The notes under the pieces are model-generated. The model saw only the letters and a list, made by a program, of their open reading frames with translations. It was not told where the DNA came from and did not search any database. A stretch of DNA of 64,000 nucleotides, from the NCBI GenBank assembly GCA_010015805.1, contig ML978122.1, positions 3,072,453 to 3,136,452 of the forward strand, in the 5' to 3' direction. This stretch comes from Rhizodiscina lignyota. Its lineage: Eukaryota. Both the position numbers and the translations under genes were made by a program. Shown here one piece after another: positions 11,183-23,985 of this stretch (the stretch's first letter is position 1; every line of letters begins with the position of its first letter).

Positions 11183-14100
11183 CAGATCGCATGGGCGCAA
11201 GCTGGGCGTGCTCAGCGGCGAAGGAATGTTCAAGTCGTCGTCGGTTATGCGCAGGTTGGCGCCAAGCGAACTGAAAAAGGCTGCTCGTGTGACACCGAGG
11301 CTCGTCAGCCACACATTTCTCTGGCAGATGCTGCGGAATTTGCAAATACTTTTGTTTGCGCAGATCAAAGGAAAGGCGTTCAGTCTCTCACCAGCGCTGG
11401 TTCTGAGGCCTGGAAAAGCAGGAATGGCGGCGGAGGAGTAGGAGGAGGAGTAGGACGAGGTGGACGACGGTGGTGGCTTTATTGCTGTGGGCACGAGTTG
11501 CCGACGCATGGCTGCCGATTCGGGGTGGGATAGTGGGTGACGGCGTGTGCTGCTGGCGGGCCGGGCGGGGAGTAATTACATGATGCTCGAGAAAGTCGAG
11601 CACCTCTCGTCGTGCCCGAGCCTCGCGGGACGGGCACGATATAAAAACGTGGGCGTGGTGAGGGCTGTTGATAGGAAGATAGGGTAGAGGCGGGCTGCCA
11701 AGCCGCCTCGCAGGACTATGGCGCTGATTGATAGCGGCGTGATTCGCTGTCGATGCTCCAGACCGCCGCAAACAGGCGTGTGGCACGCGGGCAGAGGGAG
11801 CTTGGGTGCAGACGAGCGACAGTCTTGCAATGCTGAGAGCCACGCGGACGGGTCCTCTATATTTTAAGGGGTGGGTGGGCTATCTATACAGATATGTCGC
11901 CGCGATGCAATTGGACTGCGGGCGTGAGGCGCAGAGAGGCAGATAAAGGGCCCAAACGCAGCGTTTCGAAGGCAGCATGTCGTGTGCTTTTTCGGCTTTG
12001 CGAAAGGATGCGCTCCAGAAGCAGCAGCACGCACGCGCAGATCGCTGAGCAGACTGAGGTCAGAATTGCAGAGCAAATGCTGCGCCAGTGGCCACTCAGC
12101 GCGCCGGCCTCGCGTAGCGTGGGGAGAGGGCATTTTGGCAAAGACTCGGAAGCGTAGCGACTGGAGCAGCGCCGGCGGGGGCGAGTTGCAGACGTCAACG
12201 TGCCAACCGGCTGTGCCTCCGCCTTCCCCACTGTATCTGAAACTTTCACGCCGTTTCAGCGAGTAAGCGTTACATACTCGAGAGCGCCTGTGCGAGGGTG
12301 GATGACGACGACCAGCCCGCTGCATGGGGACTACGAATTGGAAGAAAGACGCCGGGCGTGCACGCTTCGTTGCAAGAGCAAGCACTCAGCTGCGGCATGG
12401 CATGCAGGAAGAGCGAGAAGAGGCTGGAGATGCAGAGGTGCAGCGAGCGAAGGAATGCTGCGCTCGATTGGTGCTGGCCGCCGTCCAATGTTGCTTTTCG
12501 GCGATACGTCGCTCCAGCGAAGTAACAAGCGTTCAGGGAAAGGACCACTCTTCGCCCCGGACTGCCCTGAGATACATTGAGCAGAATTGCGCAACCGCGT
12601 CCACGAATTCGCGTCGTGTGGATGACATGTTTCAATCGGCACATCCGACGACCGCCGTATTCCAGCAAGTCATCCTACACGTCAGGGGCATCGATCGTTC
12701 ACGCACCCCATATCAAATCGCATGCATCCCTTTTTGTCAACCTCGCACGTCTCGCATTCCTCGATTGAGCAAGGTCAGCTTCGTCCTAGAAGCGAATTGA
12801 TGTTCCTCTCCGACGTATATCTATAAACGTCTCTGCCACAGGATTCCTCTTGCACTGATCCTACCATTGTGCGCCGAAATGTCCCGAGACGAAGAGACGA
12901 AAAAGTATCCCGCGCTACGCAGGATGGCATTAGAAGAGCCAGCCAAAGAACGCTCTTGCAGTTACGTTTGCTATTCTTTCTAGAATGGATCCCCTAGCCA
13001 TTGACATTGTCCCAATGCAGCTCGGAGCTGCCGTCATAAGCTGATCAGCTTCCGGATCAGCTTCCTCAAGGCGCAGTTGCTTGCAAAGCCCCGAGGTTAC
13101 TGCACCAGCTTCCCTTCGCTTTCTCGCACGACAGCGCACCATATTACTCTCGCAGTAGTTACAGTCAACGTTTCTGTTCTTCATTCTCTTCACACAATTC
13201 CTACTACCTTTTCATCTATCCTCAACATTTTCTTCCATAAGCAGCGTTTCCGAATCCCAGAATCCCAACTTCTCAACGCCAAGCCATGTATACCCTCCCA
13301 CTAACATCCTCCGCTCTTATCTCAAACCCTACCCACCTACGCCCAATTCCATGTATAAGTGCATGGCGGTAGTCCACAAAAGCCCCCAGCTGACCCACCA
13401 GGATCGCTATACTGGGCACACAACCACTCCCGCCCACGAACCACGACCCAGTCCCCAGGTTTTGGGGAGCGGCCAGACCGTGCGCGAGCCCGGGATGCTC
13501 GTTGGCGCTAAGTTTCAAACGTATCTCGTCATGCAGCACACAGCCCTTCACACACCCTCAGAGGCTCCGCTTCGAGCTGCGCTGGCTTATACATACAGCT
13601 GTAGAGCCCCAGCCAGCGCTGCCTGCAGCGCCGGATAAAGAGGCGCCTGGATCGGTTGAATGCTAGTGGTGGGATAAACTCGCCTTTTCATGCGGCCAAA
13701 AACCTCGTGCTTGCGGCCCAGCTTTTTCTTGCAGCGCATTTCGCCGCTGCCTTTAAATGCTCAATGCTAGTTGTTGATTGCTGGTGCGCTTTGAGTCGAA
13801 TTGGGCCCACTCAAGACGCCGTAGCTCCGTCTCCTGGCATGTTGCCAGAAGCAATGATTTCGCCCCGAATACCTTTCGATACAACGAATTGCAGGACAGT
13901 CAAGATCGCAGAAGTCTCTTCCTTTTGTGCTGGGGGCTCAAAGAGCAATCGAGATATGCTGCATTCAGCAAAAGGCCATGCTCGTGCAGTGGAGACTAAT
14001 ACGATCTGTGCCGCTCGAGCATGTCTTCGTTAAAGATGCATGTTTCTTTGTAGCAATATCCAGATCGAGATGGAAATGGTAGCGATCTGATGAGTGATCA

Positions 14101-14564
14101 CATGGGTAGCAGTGGTTGCTGTCAAAGCGGGAGGTTACGTCTGTGTCGTCAACAGCTTCATTGCACGATTTCACCAGGTTTTGATATCACTTTCCTCCAG
14201 CTTGAACCGAGTGCGTTTATCCATTGAGTCACCAGCCAAGCCGTCTCAAGTTGCCTCAAAAATATTGGGAGGAGATGTGGCTGGTGTTCGTAATCCGCTG
14301 TTTTCATGGCGCCATCGTGACATTGGAACCGTCGCCATTTCTTCGCCAGCCTTCGATCCCTCGACCCTCATCCCTCGACGCACCACGGTTCACACGAATC
14401 TCTCACAACTTAATTGCGGGCATAGCGTCATTACACATTAGAAGTCTATCTAATATCTGCTAGTCTACAGCCAGACTGGTATAGCCATTCTATCACTTTC
14501 CAAGTCGCCAAGCTCCTACCCGTTATGCTGCCACTCGTAAAGCTCCCGCTCGTCAAGCCCCCGA

Positions 14565-15863
14565 TCATGAGATAAAGGTTGCCTCGGTGAATAACTGGCC
14601 ATCCTCCTCCTTCTCTTCATCGCCAATCTTGATCTTCAGCTTTGTCTTAAGGCCGTACTGCTACGAGTCAGCAAGTTGTTTCGAATATACTGGCAGAGGA
14701 ACTTCTCACCTGATATATATATGGCTTTGTACCAGCGGCCCCAGCAACGATCTGCTTCACGAACTTCGGCACTTCAGCCATGACGTCGATCCGGTCCAGT
14801 CTGTCGCCCAGTGGGGCAGCCAACTCGGCGGTCACCTCTTTGCCGTCCTTCGTCGTACCGTGCCACGTGTATCTTCCAGCAGTCGGGGCAGGCCATTCGT
14901 TCTCCGCGTCTTGGCTTGTCTCGGTATGCTCCGCCTTCTGCGGCGCACCAGCGAACAGAATGGTGTCCTGGGTAGTAATACCACCCACATTGACAACGGT
15001 GGTACCATACGATGCGGGCGTGGTGAATTCCATCATGATGGCGTTGTAGCTCGGCGACTTGAAGTTGGCAAAGTTCCACCTCGCAGCAGCATGGTGCGGC
15101 TTCATACCCTGAATTGCGTGAATATACACGCCCTTTCCACTCATGTCCAGGTCGCCGCCTTCAGTCCTGTATCTCCCAGTGACCGTGCATGCCGGCCAGA
15201 AGCCGTGGTACATATGACCCCAAGGATTCGCGTGGTCGGTGCCAAAATACGACGTCCCGTCTTTGCCGACCTTGAAGCCAGGCGTTGTGCGCGTGAACGT
15301 GACATCCACAAGGCATTTATCACTCGTGGACGACTGGATGTGATATGCGCTGCCGTCTTCCGACAGCTCGACGGAGCATTTGTCGGCGAGGAAGGAGAAT
15401 TTGTCCTCCGACGCGGTGTGGTTGTGTAGCGGGTTGGAGCTGAAGAGGTTAGGTGTCTTGCCGTCTTGGTAGAAGACCTTTGAGCAGAACTGCACGGTCA
15501 CGTTGAGGCTCCTGCGGGCGTGGTCGGTCAGTAGTGCCCTTGTGAAAAACTGGCGAAAACTCTGAAACGCACATCACGTTGCTGTATATCACCTGCGCCA
15601 TTGCGATTTTGCCGTCGTTGGTGAACACGTAGAACGTCTGCGTCTCGACGTTCGTGTAGTTGAGCTGCCGCCATTTCAGGTCGTCTTTGGTGAGCTCGGT
15701 GTATGGCGTGTCCTTGGCTTGAGCCTCGACGGACTGGATGGCTTCGGGGCCATAGTGCGGCTCCTGAGTGCCCGCGACGTTGGCAAGTCTGTTGTGTAGT
15801 AAGCGTCTACTGTGAGGGGAGCCAGGCGGGCGTCGCTCACGTCTGTTGCGCCCACTGGAACAT
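14565..15863 (-). CDS. SVF1: Survival factor Svf1-like protein (4 exons)
   Basis: [62 protein letters not shown] and terminal EATFIS* are characteristic of Svf1. Confidence 0.92.
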
Positions 15864-16870
15864 TTTGTTATGATGCGTGTGGTGCTGTTCACCGCTGGTG
15901 TTTTTCTTGTGGAGGTGCATGAGGATGGGCGTTGGCGGGTGGTATGTATGACGTCGATCCGGTGCTAACTGCTCGTGGGTGAGGGGAGTGCTAGAGGCAG
16001 CAGTCGATCGGCAGGAGATGGAATCTCGCTCGCTGTCGCCCAGACGACAGAGTGCAGCGCGAGCATATATGCGGATGCCGCGCGCTTTGAATGCGACGCT
16101 GCTCGCCGTGTTGACGCATCTTTAGAAGCGTCTTTGTTGATTCCGCAGCGCCGTCGGGCCTTTCTTGCGATCTGCTGTGCTGGGTAATCGGCATGCCTAC
16201 CCCCCCACCCCCCGGTCGTTCCTGAGCACGCCTCACATTCGAACTTTGCAGCCAGCACTCTCCTCTCCTCTTCAACCTCACACGTCGTATTGCCCTTTTC
16301 ATACCCACGGCCAATTCTTGGAATACGCGCTCGCTCTGCCCTCCTCAGGCCGAGCAGGCCTTCATATCCGAGCAATTCCTTACTCACCGCCCATCATCGC
16401 GTCACGTCAGCTAGCCGCACGCCCCGCGAGCATCCGCATCTAGCTCCCTCGTCCGGCCATTCTGCACACGCCCGCGTCACTGCTCGTGCAACATCATCGT
16501 CACTGTCAAAAGGAGCTGCCGTGCTCCTCCATCTTCAGCACAGCAGAGCGTTTCGTAGCCCAGCTCGAGCGACGTTGAACCGCGCCGTCTCGCTTTCACG
16601 TGGCGGCCACTCGCGCCTCCGAAGCCGCGCCCCACTATATCAACCACAAAACACTCGATCAATTTTTCGCGTCTAGCGCAAGCGCGCCTGCTGCCTTAAG
16701 AGGCCAGAAGGCCTCGTATAGGCATCACTTTCACCACGTCCGCTCTAATCCAGGTGCGTGTTTTCACTCGTTATTCAGCCTGACTCACTGGAGATCTCAT
16801 CAGATTGCAGATCGCGGGGTGCTGATTTGAAAGTCTTGGCTCGCAGATATCGCTCTCCTACCCTAACACA

Positions 16871-19282
16871 ATGGCTACAAAACAAGAAGACAAACCAGCA
16901 GCCTCGCCCGGCGTCCGCTTCAGCTCGCACGACGAAGAGATTGAGCCCACCGCGAGCTTGGAGCAGGTCGACACCATCACCGGCTCGGATAGGCGGGAGA
17001 GAGACGACATCGATCCTGAGGCTCAAGAGGAATTGAAGAACCTGACAATGACGCTGCAAAAGTCACGACAAAAGCAACGCGCTGAGAACTTTCATTTCGA
17101 GCCAGTTTCCCTTCCTGCTTCGAGGGTGAGTCATGCACATCGGCCTTGGCTCGGATTTTGTATTTGAAGCAGCTCGCTGAATGTTAAATCGCGCAGGTCC
17201 CGTCCAACTCCTCCGGCCAAACGCCAGCACACTCGAACAAAGCGTCTCCCAGGACCTCTCCGCCCGTCTCTGCCGCACACACACCCCCTCTCACTCCTGC
17301 TGCTTCCGGTGATCGTCCCTCCTCCTCCTACGTACAACAACATGATCGAAGATCTGTCACGGACGCTGGTCCGGTTACTCCACAAGACTCCCCACCAGCA
17401 AATGATAGTAGACCATCGGCTGCCGCTCAGGCGAGGATACCAAGAGGTGTCAGGCCAAGATCTATGGTAGACATGCCCGGACCAGTAGCAGCTCATCCAA
17501 AGCAAGGCCCTACTTTCACCCTTGGACCTGCTGGAGACTCTCTGCCTGGCTCACAAGAGGCAAGTCCTGCAGTCACTCCTGGCACGACAACTCCACCTGG
17601 TGTTGCTACTCCGGGCTCTCCGTTCAGTCGGCCGTTCACTCCTGCTGGCGATGCCAATGACCCATATGCTCGCGGCAAACGCCCACCGCAGGCAAAGAAT
17701 CTCGAAGGCATTGACCCTCGATTCGTCTTCACGGGAAGGGATCCTCGACGCAGCCATGTTTTCGGCAGCACCGGCTCATCTGCCTCGCTGCCTCGGTCTG
17801 CGGCTGGTAGCACTACCGACGTCAGCACCAAAGAGGACAAGCGGCGTTCTTTGTTCGGCGGCAATCACTCGGAACTCTCGGACCAGAAGCCGCACGGATC
17901 AATGTCTGAGCTCAAGCGCTTCTTCCGCCTCGGCGGCCATAAGAAGGACAAGGAGAAGCGAACTCGGTCGCCGGCACCTGCCTCGCGTACCGTGAGCAAG
18001 GCAGGCACCCGAACGCCGCCGTCGACCCCGGGTTCTGTCAGCCTTCCGTTTGCGGATGACCACGGCCTGCAGAGCAAATACGGCAAGTTTGGCAAGGTGC
18101 TTGGCTCTGGCGCTGGTGGTTCGGTGCGCCTCATGAAGAGGAGTAGTGATGGCGTCACGTTTGCTGTCAAGCAGTTCCGCGCTCGACACTCGTATGAGAC
18201 TGAGAAGGAGTACAGCAAGAAGGTCACTGCCGAGTTCTGTATCGGATCAACTCTCCATCATGGCAACATCATCGAGACCATGGATATCGTTCATGAGAAA
18301 GGCAGTTGGTATGAAGTCATGGAGTACGCACCATACGACCTGTTCGCAATCGTCATGACGGGCAAGATGTCGAGGGAAGAGGTTACATGCTGTACATTGC
18401 AGATCCTCAGTGGCGTGACGTATCTGCATGGCATGGGTCTAGCACATCGAGATCTGAAGCTCGACAACGTCGTCGTCAACGACCAGGGCATCATGAAGAT
18501 CATCGACTTTGGCAGCGCTGCTGTCTTCCGCTATCCCTTCGAGAATGAGCTTGTGCTCGCCAGTGGTATGTACGCTCTCTTCATTAGATACTGTTATTTC
18601 TAATATTCCTCTAGGTATCGTTGGTTCAGATCCCTACCTCGCCCCCGAAGTCTACGACCTCCCCAAATACGATCCTCAGCCAACCGACATCTGGTCCCTT
18701 GCCATCATCTTCTGCTGCATGACGCTTCGTCGCTTCCCTTGGAAAGCGCCTCGCCTCTCTGATAACTCCTACAAGCTCTTCGTTGCCGAGCCCGATGAAG
18801 ATACAAAGCGGCTCTCGGTCGCTTCCCGTGCTCCGCAGTCCGAACCAGCCTCACGTGCTACATCTGGCGACTCGGACTCCGGACATCACCACCATCATCA
18901 CCACCGACACTCCGACGATCAGACCCACAGCGCCTCCGCCCGGTCCGACCCAACGGTAGACAAGACCAATGGCGAGGCTAACGGCAACGCAAGTGCTGCT
19001 CGTCCCACCACCTCTGGCGGCAGCCAACAGCAACAACAACAGATCAAAGGCCCATGGCGCCTGCTCCGCCTTCTCCCTCGCGAGACGCGCCATATCATCG
19101 GCCGCATGCTCGAGATCGACCCGAAGAAACGCGCTACGCTCGACGAGATCCTCGCAGACAGGTGGGTTGCGAATAGTCTTGTCTGTCGTCAAGAAGAAGG
19201 AGGACAAGTCATCCGCGCGCCTGGACATGAGCATACGCTGGAGCCTGGATCGGGAGCCACACCCGCACCAAGTAAGAAGTAA
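16871..19282 (+). CDS. SAT4: HAL-family Ser/Thr kinase (Sat4/Hal4-like); exons 16871-17125, 17197-18565, 18615-19282
   Basis: [47 protein letters not shown] motifs; canonical introns keep frame. Confidence 0.92.
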
Positions 19283-20708
19283 TCCAACGTTACTGTGAGA
19301 ATTGATATATTCGTCCATAGGTATGTATCTACTTGACTATCAGATGAGCAACAACGCGATTACCCTTACGGAACAAGGTCGACGACTCGGTCATCATCGG
19401 AGGACGAACGCGATTGACTTTTCGGCTGGTACAATGAAGGAGATCATGATGAAGAAGTTTATCGAAGCACTTGTGCGGCAGAAGGCTAAGCTGTTGAGGG
19501 ATCACGGGGTTCACAATGTCCTGGACCAAATCGAAGAAATCCCTGGGACTTGGTCTATTCGTGCTGCTGTCCATCGCAGATTGGCTCTGTTGAAATTGGA
19601 GGGGAATTGATTGTGATAAGTGGACAAAGGGGGTCTTCAATGGCTGGTACATAGTGAGGAGGAATTCCCTCGATCGTACTGCTATCCGTGCTAGCCATTT
19701 TCGAAGCAGTAGTTTAGGTGGTTGACGATGATGAGAGCTGAATTCTTAACGGGCACTTGAGTGTCTTTCAACAATGCCAATGGGCATGCTTTTTGTACCA
19801 ATGCTAGATTTTCAACTCTCCTCTTTTTTCCTTGCGGCAAAAATAGTAGTCTTCGGATGTTAATTGCTTGTCTGTCAGGCGCTCGCGGAATGGTATCTCG
19901 GCAGAACTTTGAAGAAACGGCCCTGCGTGCTGCCTAGTGTTTTTGCTGGAAGTTTCTGCGGATAACTTATGTATATAAATACTTACGACCGGGTGCAATT
20001 CATCTTGACATCATCTCTATGCGTATTGTCATGTGGCGTCTAAGGACACACTGCGATTGGCACTGCTGAAACTTATCTGTGTGTAGATACAGGGCTGCAA
20101 AGGCTTCTACACGAATTAAATGCAAAGCTGTGACACAGGCTAAGGATGGTGATTTGGTGTTGTGGCACAGACGCGGCTGACCTCCCTGCTGCTCGGCGGA
20201 ACATGCCGAGTCGCGTCTCTTCATCTCACGGTCAAGCTAGATAGCAAGTCTCTCTCGCTAAGTCAAGACTCCTGGTATGATCTAAAACGAACTCAAACAT
20301 TGAGCGGCAAAGGCCCCGTGCATGGGCTTTGCGAGTTAGTGATGCCCTTGTTGGCTCTGTGCCAGAGCTCTGGAGCCGGCTTCTCTGAATATTGAACGCG
20401 TCTCTGGGTGCAGCCCAGGTAGGTTTGGAGTCTCCTTTGCGTTTTCTGTAGCATGGTCTTAGGATCTGTGCTGTTTTGGAGAGATCCTACTCATGACTAG
20501 CAACACGAAGCTCTCACTGCTAAAAGAGCTTACATGAGAACGCATGCCCTCGGTATTTACCCCGCTGGGATAGACGTCCCGTTCGTCAGATTTGCCACCG
20601 TGTATCTCGTACTGTGTTCTAGAATACTTCAATTCTAGATATCGCGGCTCTCTATTTTCGTTAATTATATTGTGCCTTCAGCTCTCGTATCCTATCAACA
20701 CTCCAATC

Positions 20709-21908
20709 ATGGTACCACACGCTGAGACGATCATCGACACTCCCGTCGAAGCTCACAATGGCTTAAAAGAGAAACTCAAGAGCGACGTATGTTTCCCTAT
20801 ACTGGAAACTGTTGATACCCCTGCCGCTGATCTGTTCAATATCTTAGGCACTGTGGACGTCTTACGGCAAGGACACGAGCGAAAGCGTGCAGTCCAAGGT
20901 CCCCACAATCCCCAAATTCTCAGACTTTGCTTCGGATCGCATGTATCAGAAACAACACGCCGCTGCGGCTTTCCGGTATTTGTCGGCACAAGGGTATGTT
21001 GAACTCTTACAAGGCCCGTTTCAACATAGCCTGGTTTCCTTACTTATTTTGTCGTTTTAACGCGCGGATAGCTACGACGAAGGGTTGGCCGGGCACATCT
21101 CACTACGCGATCCAGAGCATCACGACCGTTTCTGGATCAACCCGCTATGCAAGGCATTCTCGACAATGAAGGCATCGGATTTGGTGCTCGTGAGCGAGAA
21201 GGGAGAGATTCTAGCAGGTGGCAATCAGGTACCGATCAATCCAGCGGGCTTTATGATCCACTCCGCGATCCATAAGGCGAGACCGGACGTGAATGCGGCG
21301 GTGCACACGCACTCGGTGTATGGGAAGGCATTCTCATCGCTGGGAATCGAGCTCGATATGATCACTCATGATGCCTGTGAGTCGTGCCTGCCTCTTTCTT
21401 TGAGAAAAGGAGGAGAGAAAAGGAGGCTGTTTCGATGATTGTAGTGTCAAGATTGGAGCTTGTGCTGATGGCTGTGACACAGGCAACTTCTTCTACCAAG
21501 ATCACAGTGTCTACCCCAATTTCGGCGGGACGGTACTAGATGAAGAGGAAGCAAATAACATCGCAAACGCCCTTGGCAACAACTCTGCTGTCATTCTGCA
21601 GAACCATGGTCTCGTGACCGTCGGTCATACTGTGGATGAAGCCACATACCTATACGGTGCTTTGGACAGATGCTGTCACGGCAAGTCTCCCTAATTCTCA
21701 AGCACGTTGGTATAGGACTAACATGCATATAGCACAACTGTTGGCCGATGCGGCGGCGGATGGAAGAGGGATCAAGCCTAAGATCGTCGGCCACGAGGAA
21801 GCGAAGTTCTGCCATGAGAAATTGGTCAGCAAGGACATACGCTGGATGTTCTTTCAACCTGCGTATGAAGAAGTGCTCGAAAAGACTGGCGGTGCATTCC
21901 TATCATGA
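20709..21908 (+). CDS. Class II aldolase/adducin-head family protein (multi-exon, includes GC-AG intron 21681-21732)
   Basis: AGHISLRDPE, FWINP, GFMIHSAIHKARPDVNAAVHTHS, ILQNHGLVTVG metal-binding motifs. Confidence 0.9.
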
Positions 21909-21967
21909 TCGAGGATGGCCACGCTATTACAAAATGGTTTAATTATATGCCCTTCTCGCCTCTGCGA

Positions 21968-23177
21968 TTATTTTCCGTTGGCCTGCGTATTGGTATCATA
22001 CGCTACCTTGCCCGCCTTCCTCGCCGCAATGCTAGCCGGATGCTTATATCTTGCACTGTACAGCCTCATTTTCTGCCATTGATCCGCGCTGATATCTTCA
22101 TACTTCTTTGGCCTGTCGGGTCCCCAGCATGTCGGGAACGTCTCAACCATGGTGTCCATCGTCGGAGTCAGGAAGAACGGCAGGCTGTACCGCTCCTTGC
22201 CCGTCTTGTTCACCACGCGGTGGACCGTGCTCACGAACTCGTCATTCGTTGCCCTCTCCAAGAAATCGCCCACGTTCACGACCAGCGTATTCGGCACAGG
22301 CACGGCGGACACCCAGTGCGCGTTCGCGTTGAGCACCTCCAATGCTGGGTCGGGCGTGAGCTGGTTGACCAGCGTGAACCAGGTGTAGTCCGCATGTGCG
22401 CCGATGCCCACGTCGTTCGACACTTCCTGCGGCGGGTAGCGTAGTAGGCGGCACGAGCTGTGTGGGTATCTGAGGTACTTGTCGAGATACAGTTCGTCAA
22501 GGTCCAGTGCCAAGGCGATCATGTGCACGAGCGTTTTGGAAAAGGCCAGAAGTGCGTTGCGGTATTCGTAGATGGTCTTGCGGAACTCGGGAAGTAGCTC
22601 GACGGGCGGCCATTGGTTACGGACCTGGCCTGGTGGGTAGATTTCCGGGTCGAGATCCTTGGGAGCATCCTGTTCTGGGTCCTTCGGGTCGGTGCCCATC
22701 AAGAATGCTTCCTTGAGATCTAGCTTATTGTTAGATAATAAACCGAGAGTGGTATTTGAAGATGACGAACGCACCTCCACGAGTAGTCTCATCGAGCTTT
22801 GTCTCTAGCAGTGCCTCGTAACCCATAATCGCCGGTGAGTTGTTGATGTGTAACTTCACCTTTTCCTCGGTCGGCAGCGCGAAGAACTGCTTGACGGCCT
22901 CCTTCGTCCTCTCCTGCAAGTCCTCTGGAATACCATGTCCCTTGGCGTACAGGAAGCCAACATTGCGGAACGCGTCTCCTACCTCCTTGGCAACACTCTT
23001 CCGGTCTTCAAGTGATGACGAAAAGGCCTTGGTGAAATCCACAGTCGGAATAGTCTCGAAAGTGTCCTTCATCTTGTCGCCCTTGAGCACGAGACGCTTG
23101 CCTCGGCCCTTGGCCGCGTGGAACGTGACATACTCAGGCCCGGTCTCAGTGACGGTTGCGATTGCGGATGGTGCCAT
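21968..23177 (-). CDS. 2-oxoglutarate/Fe(II) dioxygenase, IPNS/DIOX family; exons 23177-22775, 22719-21968
   Basis: IPTVDF, VGFLYAKGHGI, NQWP, RLLRYPP, HADY (HxD), HRV and RYS motifs. Confidence 0.93.
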
Positions 23178-23985
23178 ATTGACTTTTTGATGCTGCAATT
23201 GAAAGTGAACGGAAACGATAGAAGGAAAGATATATACCTACCACCTAATGACCAACAATATGAATGTAATGTAGATATCCGGAAGAGCGCTGCCGAGTCT
23301 ATGACCTTATCGAAATCGCCGCGTCGGAGAAGAGCGCGCAGGATGGTGATGCGGGGAGCTGCCGCAAGTGGCAACAGAGGGATCACCGCGTACTTATTCC
23401 GACATGCTCTTCTTGAGACATGGAAAGAGTTTTGGTTGTGTAATTTCACCCAAGGCTGAACAGTTCTCTTCTCCCGCTCGAACCGGTCGACACTGACGCG
23501 TTTGAACCGTTCGGGATCCACCTCGACGAATCTCCTCCACCTGCACAGGCTTGGCGCAAGTCAGTTGCAGAATGTTTGAGGCACTTCCTGGATACGATAT
23601 TTATTTCTCCGCGATATCCCAAAGGGCCCGCAAATATAGCTGGACTGTGCAGCAACGAAACATCTTGTCAGAGGCGCAATGTAGAGAGATGAGGCCTGAA
23701 TTGGCGCGCAAGGGGCTGAATTTATTGAAGCTACCGAAGAAGTGAACAGGCACGTTCAGGATTCCAGGAACTCAAAATATATCAGATGAATACAAGCCCT
23801 GAACGTAAGGTAGAAAAGGGGCTCTTGGGACGCCACACGTGCCAGGGTCGGCGATCGGTGAGCTCGGAGATTACGTCGCCCTCTGCATTCAATACTCTCC
23901 TATGAACGCCTTCGCTTCAAACTCCGTAGTCTCTCTTGAAAGGCGATCGCTTGTAGTGCCTCAAAACTCCAGAATGGTGTGCCAT

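Noticed and set aside
14587..15429. 280-aa plus-strand ORF
   Set aside because: Antisense to SVF1
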